Assembly (NCBI GenBank): GCA_964250945.1
Contig: CAXUIB010000001.1
Span: forward strand, 264-64,263
Direction of reading: 5' to 3'
DNA length: 64,000 bases
Source of the DNA: an uncultured Acidobacteriaceae bacterium
Lineage (GTDB): Bacteria > Acidobacteriota > Terriglobia > Terriglobales > Acidobacteriaceae
The position numbers were made by a program, and so were the translations under genes. Below the pieces are notes generated by a model. The model worked only from the letters and a program-made list of their open reading frames with translations. It was not told the DNA's origin and did not search any database. This document shows, piece by piece, positions 46,334 through 56,302 of this stretch (position 1 is the stretch's first letter; each line of letters begins with the position of its first letter).

Positions 46334-47176
46334 GTGGAACAAAAAGTTGGACTGGAGGACGGCTTGGCACAACGCGATCAGGATCGTTCCGGTCCAACCC
46401 AACCGCCTTCCCTCACCTATACCGATCAGAGGTATAGCGCGGACTGGGCCGACCGCAAGCATCATGGCAAACGTCTGGTGTGTGAGTTCATCGGCACCTT
46501 TGGATTCGTCTTCTCGCTTTCAGGCGGGGCCGGAGCGTTTCATGCGTTTGCAAAGCCGCCGCTTTCCACCGGCATCACCGTGACGTTGCTGACCATGGTG
46601 GCATCCATGTGGCTGGTGATCGCCATCTACGCGTTTGGAGACATCTCCGCGCACTTCAACCCTTCGATGACCTTCGCCTTTGCGCTTCGCGGCGATATCA
46701 CCTGGAGACGCACGTTGCTCTACTGGTTGTTTCAATGCGCGGGCGCGGCCGCGGGTTCCTTTCTCGCCAGGGCATTCTTTGGGCCGAGCAGCGGCCTCGC
46801 CTCGGTCCATCCGCAGCCGGGCAAGAACTGGCAGGCAGTCGGGTTTGAGGTGTTGCTGACCGCCTCTTTCGTCCTCATGGTGTTGGTCATGGCACGTGGC
46901 CCCAAACTGAACGGTCCCTTCACGCCGCTGGCCGTAGCCGCCTATGTGCTCTCCTTCGCAACCTTTGGCGGCTTGTACGAAGGTGCTGCCTTCAACCCCG
47001 CCCGCGCCTTTGGCCCCGCGCTCGCCATCGGTCACCTCGGCGACCTCTGGATCTACATCCTCGGCGCCGCGGGTGGGGCAACCATCGCCGTAGGCATCGA
47101 CCGCTACCTGCGCGGCCCGTTGCACAAACCGGACCAAGCGGCCGGAGCAGCCCCGTCCGCGAAACCTTCACAATAG
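46334..47176 (+). CDS. MIP/aquaporin family channel
   Basis: EFIGTF, SAHFNPS, NPARAFGP. Confidence 0.88.
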   Translation: MEQKVGLEDGLAQRDQDRSGPTQPPSLTYTDQRYSADWADRKHHGKRLVCEFIGTFGFVFSLSGGAGAFHAFAKPPLSTGITVTLLTMVASMWLVIAIYAFGDISAHFNPSMTFAFALRGDITWRRTLLYWLFQCAGAAAGSFLARAFFGPSSGLASVHPQPGKNWQAVGFEVLLTASFVLMVLVMARGPKLNGPFTPLAVAAYVLSFATFGGLYEGAAFNPARAFGPALAIGHLGDLWIYILGAAGGATIAVGIDRYLRGPLHKPDQAAGAAPSAKPSQ

Positions 47177-47197
47177 CCAGCAATGGCAGGAGACGGC

Positions 47198-48658
47198 ATG
47201 TCCCACGTCGAAGACACCCAGATCAAAGATGGCCGCTACAAACCGGGAACTCTGCTTGAGGACGGCAAATGGCGTGTCGAATTCGATTCCATGGGACAAG
47301 TCAAGGTGCCCGCGGATCGACTGTGGGGAGCCCAGACCCAGCGTTCCCTTATCCACTTCTCGATCGGCAACGACCACATGCCGAAGGAGGTCTACCATGC
47401 GTACGGATACGTGAAAAAGGCCGCGGCGATCGTAAACGAGCGCCTGGGAAGACTGCCCAAGGACAAGTCCGACCTGATCGTCAAAGCCGCCGATGAGGTG
47501 ATCGCCGGCAAGCTCGATGAAAATTTCCCCCTCTTTGTCTGGCAGACCGGCAGCGGAACGCAAAGCAACATGAACGTGAACGAGGTGATCTCCAACCGGT
47601 CCATCCAGAGGGTGGGCGGAACTTTGGGTGCTCAAGAGCCGGTCCATCCCAACGACCACGTCAACATGTCGCAATCCTCCAACGACACTTTTCCGACGGC
47701 CATGCACATCGCGGCCGCGAAGGAGATCAAGGAAACCTTGCTGCCCAAGGTAGGAGCCCTGGCGACTGCCGTCGAAAACAAACAAAACCAGTGGGAGCAC
47801 ATCGTAAAGATCGGACGAACCCACCTCGAAGATGCGGTGCCGCTTACAGTCGGGCAGGAGTGGTCCGGCTACAGCACGCAGATCCGCTATGCTCTGCACC
47901 GGATTGAACAGTCCCTGGAAGGCCTCTATCAGATCGCGGCCGGTGGCACCGCGGTGGGCACTGGGCTGAACGCCCCCGCCGGGTTCGATGTGCAGATCGC
48001 GAAAGAGATCGCGGAGCTGACCAACTTGCCCTTTGTCACGGCGCCGAACAAGTTCGAAGCGCAAGGTTCGCTGGACGCCATGGTGGCCGCGCACGCCGGA
48101 CTTCGCGGTCTCGCCGTCGCCCTCATGAAGATCGCCAACGATATACGCTGGCTTGCCTCCGGTCCGCGTTGCGGCATCAGCGAGCTGACGCTGCCGGCAA
48201 ACGAGCCCGGATCGTCCATCATGCCGGGCAAGGTCAATCCCACGCAGTGCGAAGCCATCGTCATGATCTGCATCCAGGTGATCGGGGACGATGCAGCCGT
48301 CGCCTTTGCAGGTTCGCAGGGCAACTTCGAACTGAACGCGATGCGGCCGATCATCATCAACAACTTCCTCCATTCGGCGCGCATCCTGGCGGACGGTTGC
48401 GAAAAGCTTCGGATCTACACGATAGAAGGAACCGAGGTGAACGAAGCCAGGCTCGCCGAATACGTCAAAAATTCACTCATGCTCGTCACCGCGCTCAGCC
48501 CAGTCATCGGCTACGACAAAGCATCCGAGATCGCGCACGCGGCCCAAAAGGAAGGCGCCACCTTGCGCGACGCGGCGATCAAGAGCGGATACATCGACGC
48601 AAAGAAGTTCGACGAAGTTGTCGACCCTCGCAAGATGGTCTCAAACAAAGCCACCTAA
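47198..48658 (+). CDS. fumC: Class II fumarate hydratase
   Basis: WGAQTQRS, QTGSGTQSNMN, SQSSND.FPT, GRTH, GSSIMPGKVNP. Confidence 0.96.
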   Translation: MSHVEDTQIKDGRYKPGTLLEDGKWRVEFDSMGQVKVPADRLWGAQTQRSLIHFSIGNDHMPKEVYHAYGYVKKAAAIVNERLGRLPKDKSDLIVKAADEVIAGKLDENFPLFVWQTGSGTQSNMNVNEVISNRSIQRVGGTLGAQEPVHPNDHVNMSQSSNDTFPTAMHIAAAKEIKETLLPKVGALATAVENKQNQWEHIVKIGRTHLEDAVPLTVGQEWSGYSTQIRYALHRIEQSLEGLYQIAAGGTAVGTGLNAPAGFDVQIAKEIAELTNLPFVTAPNKFEAQGSLDAMVAAHAGLRGLAVALMKIANDIRWLASGPRCGISELTLPANEPGSSIMPGKVNPTQCEAIVMICIQVIGDDAAVAFAGSQGNFELNAMRPIIINNFLHSARILADGCEKLRIYTIEGTEVNEARLAEYVKNSLMLVTALSPVIGYDKASEIAHAAQKEGATLRDAAIKSGYIDAKKFDEVVDPRKMVSNKAT

Positions 48659-48703
48659 CAGAAAGCGTTGTTGTTGTGCGTGCCGAAAGCTCTGGGAGGA
48701 CCG

Positions 48704-50005
48704 ATGTTTCACCACCGTCTTTCAACTGGCCTGGCGCCCATCGTGGCCTGCTTCCTTGCTCTTCCCCTGCGCGCGCAGGACGAAAAGCAGGCAACCGAAG
48801 ATCTGAGCGGACCGGACACGCACGAGCGCGCGCCCGAAGACCGCAAGTATCTCTTCGGCGACTGGGGCGGCGAGCGGCAACGGCTCTCAGAGCGCGGTGT
48901 CAAGCTCGATGTGCAGTACATCTCCGACTCGCTCTGGAATCTGCGGTCGGTTCAAAAAGAGCGCCTGGCGGAGTGGAGCCGCGTGCGCGGAACCCTCGAC
49001 ATCGACTTCAGTAAGTTGACCCATACGCCTGGCTTGCGCTTTCACATCACGGCGCCGTGGCAGGCCGGCGGCAATCTTGGCAAGTATCTAGGAACCATTG
49101 CAGAGCCGAGCAGCATGGCGAGCGCAAACACCTTTCGGCTGGATTCCTGGTGGTTTGAGCAGCGCGTAAGCCGAGATCGTGTTGTCTTTCGCCTCGGACA
49201 GTTTGCCGCGCAGGACTCCTACGGCACACAACATTACGGAGGATCGTTCATCGCGGAGCCGCTTGGATATGCGTTGAGCAATCTCAGCGCAACGTATGAG
49301 ACGTTTGATCCACCGTCAACGCCGGCGGCGGAGCTCCGCGTCATACCGCTCCAACACTTCTATGTGAAGTCGATGGTGTACGCCGCCGATCGCATACCGT
49401 ATGCGCACAACCCGACCGGCCTTGTTCCCCAGTTTCGTGGAGCCGCCTCAGACGTCGCCGAGATCGGCTGGTCTCCGGGGCAACCGGCCACCGCCGTTCG
49501 CGCTTTCGATACGCTCGCGCAACGTCGCGGCTACACCGGGCTCTATCAGCTGGGCAGCTCCTACAACCCTGGCAAGTTTCAGTCCACCGGGCCCGTTAAG
49601 ACCGTGTCCGGCAACTACCTCATCTATCTGAATGGGAGCCAGGCTGTATGGCGAACATCGCCCAACTCCGGCGTCGGCCTCGATCTTACGGCGGCGACCG
49701 ATTGGACACCGTCCCACCGCACTCATGTGCCTCGGCAAACGACGGTAGGTGTTCGGTTCGATGAGCCGCTTCCGCTCCGGCAGCACAACACGATCTCCTT
49801 CGGATATGTGCGGAGTTCGGTCAGCGACTATCTTCCCGCCGGAGCCGGCCTTCCCCGCCGGACAGAAGATGTGCTCGAGCTGAACGGTCTGATCGAGGTG
49901 ACGGGCTTCCTCACCGTGCAGCCGGTGGTGCAGCGCTTTCTCGATGCCGGCGGAACTTCGAATTCAGCCACGGTCTTCGGATTTCGTTCCAAAGTGGATT
50001 TCTGA
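48704..50005 (+). CDS. OprB-family carbohydrate-selective porin
   Basis: Signal peptide, YLFGDWGGER..L..RGV, C-terminal aromatic residue (KVDF). Confidence 0.8.
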   Translation: MFHHRLSTGLAPIVACFLALPLRAQDEKQATEDLSGPDTHERAPEDRKYLFGDWGGERQRLSERGVKLDVQYISDSLWNLRSVQKERLAEWSRVRGTLDIDFSKLTHTPGLRFHITAPWQAGGNLGKYLGTIAEPSSMASANTFRLDSWWFEQRVSRDRVVFRLGQFAAQDSYGTQHYGGSFIAEPLGYALSNLSATYETFDPPSTPAAELRVIPLQHFYVKSMVYAADRIPYAHNPTGLVPQFRGAASDVAEIGWSPGQPATAVRAFDTLAQRRGYTGLYQLGSSYNPGKFQSTGPVKTVSGNYLIYLNGSQAVWRTSPNSGVGLDLTAATDWTPSHRTHVPRQTTVGVRFDEPLPLRQHNTISFGYVRSSVSDYLPAGAGLPRRTEDVLELNGLIEVTGFLTVQPVVQRFLDAGGTSNSATVFGFRSKVDF

Positions 50006-50088
50006 TCTGAGAGCTTTCGTCTTTCGCGCCTCAGATCTTCAACCGAAGCGCACCTTCCCCCAACGCTTTAAGAAAAAGGAGCACGACC

Positions 50089-51762
50089 ATGCACCCCGAG
50101 ACAGACAGCTCAGTGGCACTTTTGCGCAATCCAGAGACGAACCGATCGACCGCCTTCTCTCCCCAGGAGCGCGAACAGAAGGGTCTAATCGGCCTGCTTC
50201 CACCACGGCAGGAGACCCTCCAGCAACAGGTGGATCGATGCTTGTTACAGCTCAGCAAAAAGCCGAACGATCTCGAACAGTACATCTATCTCGCCCAGCT
50301 TTCGGACGACAACCAGACCCTCTTCTACGCCGTGCTCGCGACCGATCCGGCCCGCTTTCTAAAGATCGTGTACGATCCGACCGTAGGCACGGCCTGCCTC
50401 GAATTCGGGCACATCTATCGCAAGCCGAACGGCCTGTATGTCTCGATCGATCAGCGCGGCAGGGTCAAGGAAGTGCTGAGAAATTGGCCGGTAAAAGACG
50501 TGCGCGTCATCTGCGTCAGCACGGGCGGCCGCATCCTCGGCCTGGGCGACCTCGGCACCAACGGCATGGGCATCCCCATCGGCAAACTGCAGCTCTACAC
50601 CGCCTGCGCGGCGGTCCCGCCGGAAGTCCTGCTCCCCGTTCTGCTCGACTGCGGAACCGATAACCAGCAGCTGTTGGAGGACCCACTCTACCTCGGTCTC
50701 AAGCAGCATCGGCCCACCACCGACGAGCTCGACGCCTTTGTGCAGGAATTCGTCGACGCCGTGCAGGACCTTTATCCCAAGTGCTGCATCCACTTCGAGG
50801 ACTGGAAAGGGACGGACGCCATCCGCCTGCTTGCCCGCTACGTCGACAAGATCAGCTGCTACAACGACGACATCCAGGGCACCGGCAGCGTCGCCGTCGC
50901 CGGTCTCTACAACGCTCTGAAGATCAGCAAGGGCGCGCTCAAAGATCAGCGCGTGCTGTTCCTGGGCGCAGGCTCGGCGGGCATCGGCATCGGCAACATG
51001 ATCGCCGACGCCATGAAGCTCGAATGCCTCACGGAGGAGCAGGCACAAGCGCAAATCTCGATGTTCGATGTCGGTGGTCTGCTCCCGCCCGAGCCAAGAG
51101 CCCTTTCGCCGGAGCAGAAGAACTACGCGCACCCGCACCCGCCCACGAAAGACCTCGTGGAGGCCATCAACACCATCAAGCCAACCATCCTGATCGGCGT
51201 CAGCACCGTCGGAGGCGCGTTCACGCAGCAGGTGATCGAAGCCATGACCAAGCTGAACCAGCGACCCATCATCTTCGCCCTCTCCAATCCCACCGACCAT
51301 GCCGAGTGCACCGCGGAAGAGGCGTACAAATATTCGGGAGGAAAAGCGATCTACGCCGCGGGTGTGCAGTTCGACCCTGTCCAGATCGACGGAAAGACGT
51401 ATGAGCCGAGCCAGGCGAATAACTTCTATATCTTTCCCGCGGTTGGATTGGCGATCGTGGTCACCGAAGCCAGGCATGTGCCCAACGAAATCTTCATCGA
51501 AGCCGCGCGCGCCCTCGCCGATCAGGTCACACCGGATCAGCTGGAAAAAGGCGTGCTCTTCCCCTCACAGGGCAACATCCAGGCAAGTTGCGTCGACACA
51601 GCCACCAAATCCGCGGAAAAGATCTTCGACCTGGGCCTCGCCCGCGTCAAGCGGCCAAAGTCCATCAAAGGCATGATCACCTCGTTTCTCTATACGCCGG
51701 AGTATCCCAAGGCAGAAATTCCATCGCCGGCCCAGGAACTCGTCCATGCCGCCGGAGACTGA
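50089..51762 (+). CDS. maeA: NAD-dependent malic enzyme (MaeA/malolactic family)
   Basis: VYDPTVG, RILGLGDLG, IPIGKL, FED, NDDIQGT, GAGSAG, LSNPT, QANN. Confidence 0.9.
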   Translation: MHPETDSSVALLRNPETNRSTAFSPQEREQKGLIGLLPPRQETLQQQVDRCLLQLSKKPNDLEQYIYLAQLSDDNQTLFYAVLATDPARFLKIVYDPTVGTACLEFGHIYRKPNGLYVSIDQRGRVKEVLRNWPVKDVRVICVSTGGRILGLGDLGTNGMGIPIGKLQLYTACAAVPPEVLLPVLLDCGTDNQQLLEDPLYLGLKQHRPTTDELDAFVQEFVDAVQDLYPKCCIHFEDWKGTDAIRLLARYVDKISCYNDDIQGTGSVAVAGLYNALKISKGALKDQRVLFLGAGSAGIGIGNMIADAMKLECLTEEQAQAQISMFDVGGLLPPEPRALSPEQKNYAHPHPPTKDLVEAINTIKPTILIGVSTVGGAFTQQVIEAMTKLNQRPIIFALSNPTDHAECTAEEAYKYSGGKAIYAAGVQFDPVQIDGKTYEPSQANNFYIFPAVGLAIVVTEARHVPNEIFIEAARALADQVTPDQLEKGVLFPSQGNIQASCVDTATKSAEKIFDLGLARVKRPKSIKGMITSFLYTPEYPKAEIPSPAQELVHAAGD

Positions 51763-52474
51763 ATACAAGCCAGACAACCCACAAAACGATAGCCACCCGG
51801 CAGGCGCCGATGCGATGTTCGTCCTCATCGCATTGGTGTTTGCGAGCGGCTTCGCCGACGCCGCCTCCTATCTCCTCACGGGCAGCTTTACAGGTCTCAT
51901 CACCGGAAATACGGTGCTCGGCGCAACCGCACTCGCAGCCGGAAAGATGGATAGCTTGTGGCTTCACCTCACGGCTGTCGTCTCGTTTCTGCTCGCCACC
52001 GCTGGAGGCGTACTTCTCCCGCGACTGGGCCTGCGAAAAAATAGGACCCTCGTTCTAGCTCTCCTCATCGAAGCGGCTCTCGTTGCGATTGCTCCCTTGT
52101 CCCCCTTCTCTCAGCCGTCTCACGCCAAAGTGTTTATGCTCGTCTGCATGTGCCTTGCGCTTGGCACGCAGAACGGCGTCTACCGCAAAAGCAAAGGCGT
52201 CTCGATCCATCTGACCTATATCACTGGCGACGCCACATCGCTCATCGCGTCTCTTCTTCGACCGCCGGACGCCCCCAAGAAATCGCCGGGCGCGCGCACC
52301 ACCGACGCCGTGCTCGGCGTCATCTGGCCCAGCTTCGCGGTCGGTGCAGCCCTGGCCGGCCTCGCTGTCCACTACCTCGCCGCCCATGCCCTCTGGTTGC
52401 TGGAAGTTCCCCTCCTTCTCGCAACCGCCGTCGCCTGGACCAGATCGTCCCGATCTCCCGCCACCGAGATGTAA
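51746..52474 (+). CDS. YoaK / DUF1275 family membrane protein
   Basis: ASGFADA, F.G..TGN, A.G.QN, TYITG motifs. Confidence 0.8.
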   Translation: MPPETEYKPDNPQNDSHPAGADAMFVLIALVFASGFADAASYLLTGSFTGLITGNTVLGATALAAGKMDSLWLHLTAVVSFLLATAGGVLLPRLGLRKNRTLVLALLIEAALVAIAPLSPFSQPSHAKVFMLVCMCLALGTQNGVYRKSKGVSIHLTYITGDATSLIASLLRPPDAPKKSPGARTTDAVLGVIWPSFAVGAALAGLAVHYLAAHALWLLEVPLLLATAVAWTRSSRSPATEM

Positions 52475-52548
52475 GGGCTCACAAGGAGCGGTAGTTTGCC
52501 CTGGACTAAGATCGACACAGCATCCAAAAAACGGTTTGGAGAAGAGCC

Positions 52549-53499
52549 ATGAGTGAATCTGAGATGCAATACCGGACGCTGGGCAGAACCGGGGAAAAAG
52601 TCTCCGCCATCGGTCTCGGTGGATGGCACATCGGTCTGCCGACCGTCAGTGAAGATCTATCCATCCGCATCGTTCGGACCGCCCTGGATCGCGGCCTGAA
52701 CTTCCTCGACAACAGCTGGGATTACTTCAGTGGCCTCAGCGAATTGAGAATGGGCAAGGCACTCAAAGACGGCTATCGAAAAAAGGCCTTTCTCATGACC
52801 AAAATCGACGGTCGATCCAAAAAAGAAGCCGCCAGCCAGATCGAACAATGCCTCCTCCGGCTCGGTGTCGACACGATCGACCTCGTACAGCACCATGAAA
52901 TCCTCCGCTTTGAAGATCCCCACCGCATCTTCGACGAAGAAGGCGCGCATGTTGCCGTGCTGGAGGCGCAAAAGGCCGGAAAGCTGCGGTATATCGGCTT
53001 CACCGGACACAAGGATCCGCAGATCCACCTCCATATGCTCGAGGTCGCGCGTGAAAACGGCTTCCACTTCGACGCCGTCCAGATGCCGCTCAACGTCATG
53101 GACGCGCACTACCGATCGTTTGAAAAGCTGGTCGTCCCGCAGCTCCTGGAGGACAACATCGGCATCCTCGGAATGAAGTCGATGGCAAACGGAATCATCC
53201 TGAAATCGAAGACGGTGACGGCGATGGAGTGCCTGCGCTATGCCCTCAGCCTTCCGACCTCCGTCGTGATCACCGGCATGGACAGCATGGAAATTCTGGA
53301 GCAGGCGTTGAAAGCCCTGGCCGACTTCGCCCCGTTGAGCGAGGCCGACCGCGCCGCGCTGCTCGAGAAGACACGAAAGACAGCGACGAAAGGTGAGTTC
53401 GAGCCGTTCAAAACTTCGTCCATCTTCGACGGCACGGCCACCAACAACAAGTGGCTCGGCGAAGAGCCGCCACGTCTGCAGCAGCTTATGCCGCAGTAA
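52549..53499 (+). CDS. Aldo/keto reductase family protein
   Basis: YRTLGRTG..VSAIGLG, FLDNSWDY, MTK, IDLVQHH, GKLRYIG. Confidence 0.88.
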   Translation: MSESEMQYRTLGRTGEKVSAIGLGGWHIGLPTVSEDLSIRIVRTALDRGLNFLDNSWDYFSGLSELRMGKALKDGYRKKAFLMTKIDGRSKKEAASQIEQCLLRLGVDTIDLVQHHEILRFEDPHRIFDEEGAHVAVLEAQKAGKLRYIGFTGHKDPQIHLHMLEVARENGFHFDAVQMPLNVMDAHYRSFEKLVVPQLLEDNIGILGMKSMANGIILKSKTVTAMECLRYALSLPTSVVITGMDSMEILEQALKALADFAPLSEADRAALLEKTRKTATKGEFEPFKTSSIFDGTATNNKWLGEEPPRLQQLMPQ

Positions 53500-53621
53500 A
53501 AATCCTCCACCAGACCGCGGTCCGGACACTTTCTCGCAGACCGATGTACCCCGCTACGCAACCTGGCGGGGAAGGGAAGCCGGCGGCTGATTTGCATTGA
53601 CTCTACATAGATCAGATCCTC

Positions 53622-53639
53622 TCTGACAACGTTGTCCTA
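53622..53639. promoter_or_regulatory. LacI-type operator 1
   Basis: TCTGACAACGTTGTCCTA with perfect core GACAACGTTGTC. Confidence 0.8.
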
Positions 53640-53685
53640 AACAGCTGCCTTCCAGCTCTCAGAGGCGGACGTACTCTGCTCTAAA

Positions 53686-54819
53686 ATGAAGCGCATGGAG
53701 CAGACCACAGGTCCCCGGAACACCGGGCCGCCCAACACCGACCCAGACCTCGGGGCCGCCGTCCAAAGCTCACCCGGACCTCCCGCCCCGAGCACCCGAG
53801 CGTCCGGTCGCGCCACCATCCGCGATGTCTCCCGTCGCGCCGAAGTGTCGATCAAAACCGTCTCGCGCGTGATGAACAACCAGGATTATGTAAGTGTCGA
53901 AACCCGCGCCCGCGTCGAACAGGTCATGGCCGAGCTCGCGTTTCAACCCAGCTCCGCCGCCCGTGCTCTGGCCGGCCGCCGCTCCCATCAGATCGCCGTC
54001 ATCTGCGACAACCCCAGCCCCTGGTATGTCTACGAAATCCAGTACGGCGTCCGCGTGCGCTGCCGGCAAAACCGCGTCCGCATGATCGCCCAGCCTTACG
54101 ATCGCGGCTCCCCCACCCTGCTCGAAGACATCCTCAGCCTGGTCGACCAGGTCCATCCGGACGGCCTCGTGCTCACGCCTCCCGCGTGCGACGACATCAA
54201 GGTGCTCGAAGATCTGCTGCGCAGGGAAGTGCCCTTTGTCCGCATTCAGCCCGGCACCCGCGCTGGGATCTCTTCCTCGGTCTCCATCGACAACGAGCAG
54301 GCCGCCAAGGACATCACCCAGCACCTGCTCGAGCTCGGCCACACCCGCGTCGGCATCATCGTGGGCGACCTCGGCTACATGTCGTCAGGACGACGCCTGG
54401 ACGGTTTTCTCCAGTCCTTGACCGACGCCGGCGTTCTTATCTCGCCGGAGTACATTCGGTTCGGCCTCTTCGACTTCAGCTCCGGCGTCGCCCAGGCAGA
54501 GCATCTGCTGGCCCTGCCCAACCCACCCACAGCCATCTTCGCGTCCAATGACGATATGGCCGCAGGCGTACTCGCCACCGCCCACCGGCAGGGCATCGAC
54601 GTGCCCCGAGACCTGTCCGTCGTCGGCTTCGACGACACGCCGTTCGCCTCGGTCGTCTGGCCGGCGCTCACCACCGTCTGCCAGCCCGTGCGTTTACTGG
54701 CCGAAGCCGCGGCAGATCTTCTGCTCAGCCCACCTCTACTCCCCGAAGCCCGGGAGGTCGCCTACCATCTTGTCATCCGCCAATCCACCGGCCCCGCTCC
54801 ATCTCGAAAAGGAGCTTGA
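53686..54819 (+). CDS. LacI family transcriptional regulator
   Basis: TIRDVSRRAEVSIKTVSRVMN, PTAIFASNDDMA, SVVGFDD, LTTV.QP. Confidence 0.95.
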   Translation: MKRMEQTTGPRNTGPPNTDPDLGAAVQSSPGPPAPSTRASGRATIRDVSRRAEVSIKTVSRVMNNQDYVSVETRARVEQVMAELAFQPSSAARALAGRRSHQIAVICDNPSPWYVYEIQYGVRVRCRQNRVRMIAQPYDRGSPTLLEDILSLVDQVHPDGLVLTPPACDDIKVLEDLLRREVPFVRIQPGTRAGISSSVSIDNEQAAKDITQHLLELGHTRVGIIVGDLGYMSSGRRLDGFLQSLTDAGVLISPEYIRFGLFDFSSGVAQAEHLLALPNPPTAIFASNDDMAAGVLATAHRQGIDVPRDLSVVGFDDTPFASVVWPALTTVCQPVRLLAEAAADLLLSPPLLPEAREVAYHLVIRQSTGPAPSRKGA

Positions 54820-54835
54820 CGAGCCTACGTCCGCA

Positions 54836-54853
54836 TAGGACAACGGTGACCTA
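54836..54853. promoter_or_regulatory. LacI-type operator 2
   Basis: TAGGACAACGGTGACCTA upstream of the MFS gene. Confidence 0.75.
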
Positions 54854-54874
54854 AGCCTCGCTGCCGGAGACCGC

Positions 54875-56119
54875 ATGACCTCGAGTTCCATCGACCGGAG
54901 ACGCTGGATCGTCGTCTCGCTCGCCTTCGCGGCCATCATGCTCAACTACGTCGACCGGCAGATCATCGCCATCCTCAAGCCCATGCTGCAGGCCCAGTTC
55001 CTCTGGACCAACCGCGAGTACAGCCACATGGCCTCCGCCTTTCAACTCGCCGCGGCTCTGGCCTTCCTCGGCACCGGATGGTTTATCGATCGCATCGGCC
55101 TGCGCAAGGGCTTCGCCATCGGCGTCGGCCTGTGGAGCCTCGCCGACATGGCGCACGCGATCGCCACCACCGTCTCCGGGTTTGTCGCCGTGCGCATCGC
55201 CTTGGGCATAGCCGAGGCAGTCGGAACCCCCGCCCAGGTGAAAACCGCCGCCGCCTACTTCCCTCCGGCCCAACGATCCATGATGCTCGGCATCGGCAAC
55301 ATGGCGTCGAACTTCGGCGCCGTCGTCGCCCCGCTCGCCATACCTCCCCTGGCGCTCCGGCTGGGCTGGCGCTCGGCCTTTCTCATCACCGGCGGCCTCG
55401 GCCTGCTATGGGTGGTCGCCTGGATCGCCGTGCCCATGCCGCCGGCCATCGAACCCGCCACCGCGGGAGACTCCTCCGTGCCCTGGTCCGGTTTGCTCCG
55501 CGACCGCCGCCAATGGGCCCTGATCGTCGCCAAAACCTTTAGCGACGAGGTCTGGTGGTTCCTCCTCTTCTTCGCGCCCGACCTCTTCCACCGCCGCTTC
55601 GGCCTCAGCCTGGGAACTCTCGGCCTTCCCGTAGCCTTTATCTACATGATGGCCGCGCTCGGCTCACTCGCCGGCGGCTGGCTGCCCTCCGCGCTCCTCT
55701 TGCGAGGCGTCTCCTACAATCGCGCGCGTAAGGGGTCCATGCTGCTCTACGCTCTCCTGATCCTTCCCGTGCCTCTGCTCCTCTTCACCCACACCGCGTG
55801 GGCGGGAGCCGCGTTTCTCGGTCTCGCCCTCTTTGCGCACCAGGGATTTTCTACCGGAGTCTTCGGCATGGCGGCCGATCTGTTTCCCTCGCGCATGGTC
55901 GGCACCGCGGTCGGCACAGCCGCGTTCGCCGGCAACCTGGCCGGCATGGCCATGATCGAGGCCGCCGGCTGGTCGCTCGATAACGGCCGCGGCTACGCCC
56001 CTTTGTTGATAGTCTGCGGTGTCTGCGACCTGATAGGGCTAGGCGGTGTGGAGCGTCTGGTTCCGCGCCTCACCGTGGCCGAGCCTTCCGTCGCACGTCC
56101 GCAGGTGGCCTATCCTTGA
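54875..56119 (+). CDS. MFS transporter (ExuT/ACS-like), probable sulfoquinovose importer
   Basis: RWIVV...LNYVDRQ, G..IDRIG.R, R..LG.AE; cluster context. Confidence 0.85.
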   Translation: MTSSSIDRRRWIVVSLAFAAIMLNYVDRQIIAILKPMLQAQFLWTNREYSHMASAFQLAAALAFLGTGWFIDRIGLRKGFAIGVGLWSLADMAHAIATTVSGFVAVRIALGIAEAVGTPAQVKTAAAYFPPAQRSMMLGIGNMASNFGAVVAPLAIPPLALRLGWRSAFLITGGLGLLWVVAWIAVPMPPAIEPATAGDSSVPWSGLLRDRRQWALIVAKTFSDEVWWFLLFFAPDLFHRRFGLSLGTLGLPVAFIYMMAALGSLAGGWLPSALLLRGVSYNRARKGSMLLYALLILPVPLLLFTHTAWAGAAFLGLALFAHQGFSTGVFGMAADLFPSRMVGTAVGTAAFAGNLAGMAMIEAAGWSLDNGRGYAPLLIVCGVCDLIGLGGVERLVPRLTVAEPSVARPQVAYP

Positions 56120-56183
56120 CGCGGCTTCCCGCGAAAGAGCCGGGCCGCTCGCCGGCATCGCCAACACTCTCTCTGTGACATAC

Positions 56184-56201
56184 TAGGACAACGGTGTCTC
56201 A
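56184..56201. promoter_or_regulatory. LacI-type operator 3 abutting an extended -10 (TGaCATACT)
   Basis: TAGGACAACGGTGTCTCA. Confidence 0.8.
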
Positions 56202-56302
56202 TTTAAAGAGCCCCAACCAGACATCCACCCTCGCAGATACCGGCATCCACGTCAGCACCTTCACCCCGCCCAGACCTCCGCTCTGCGAGGAGAAAATCTG
56301 CC

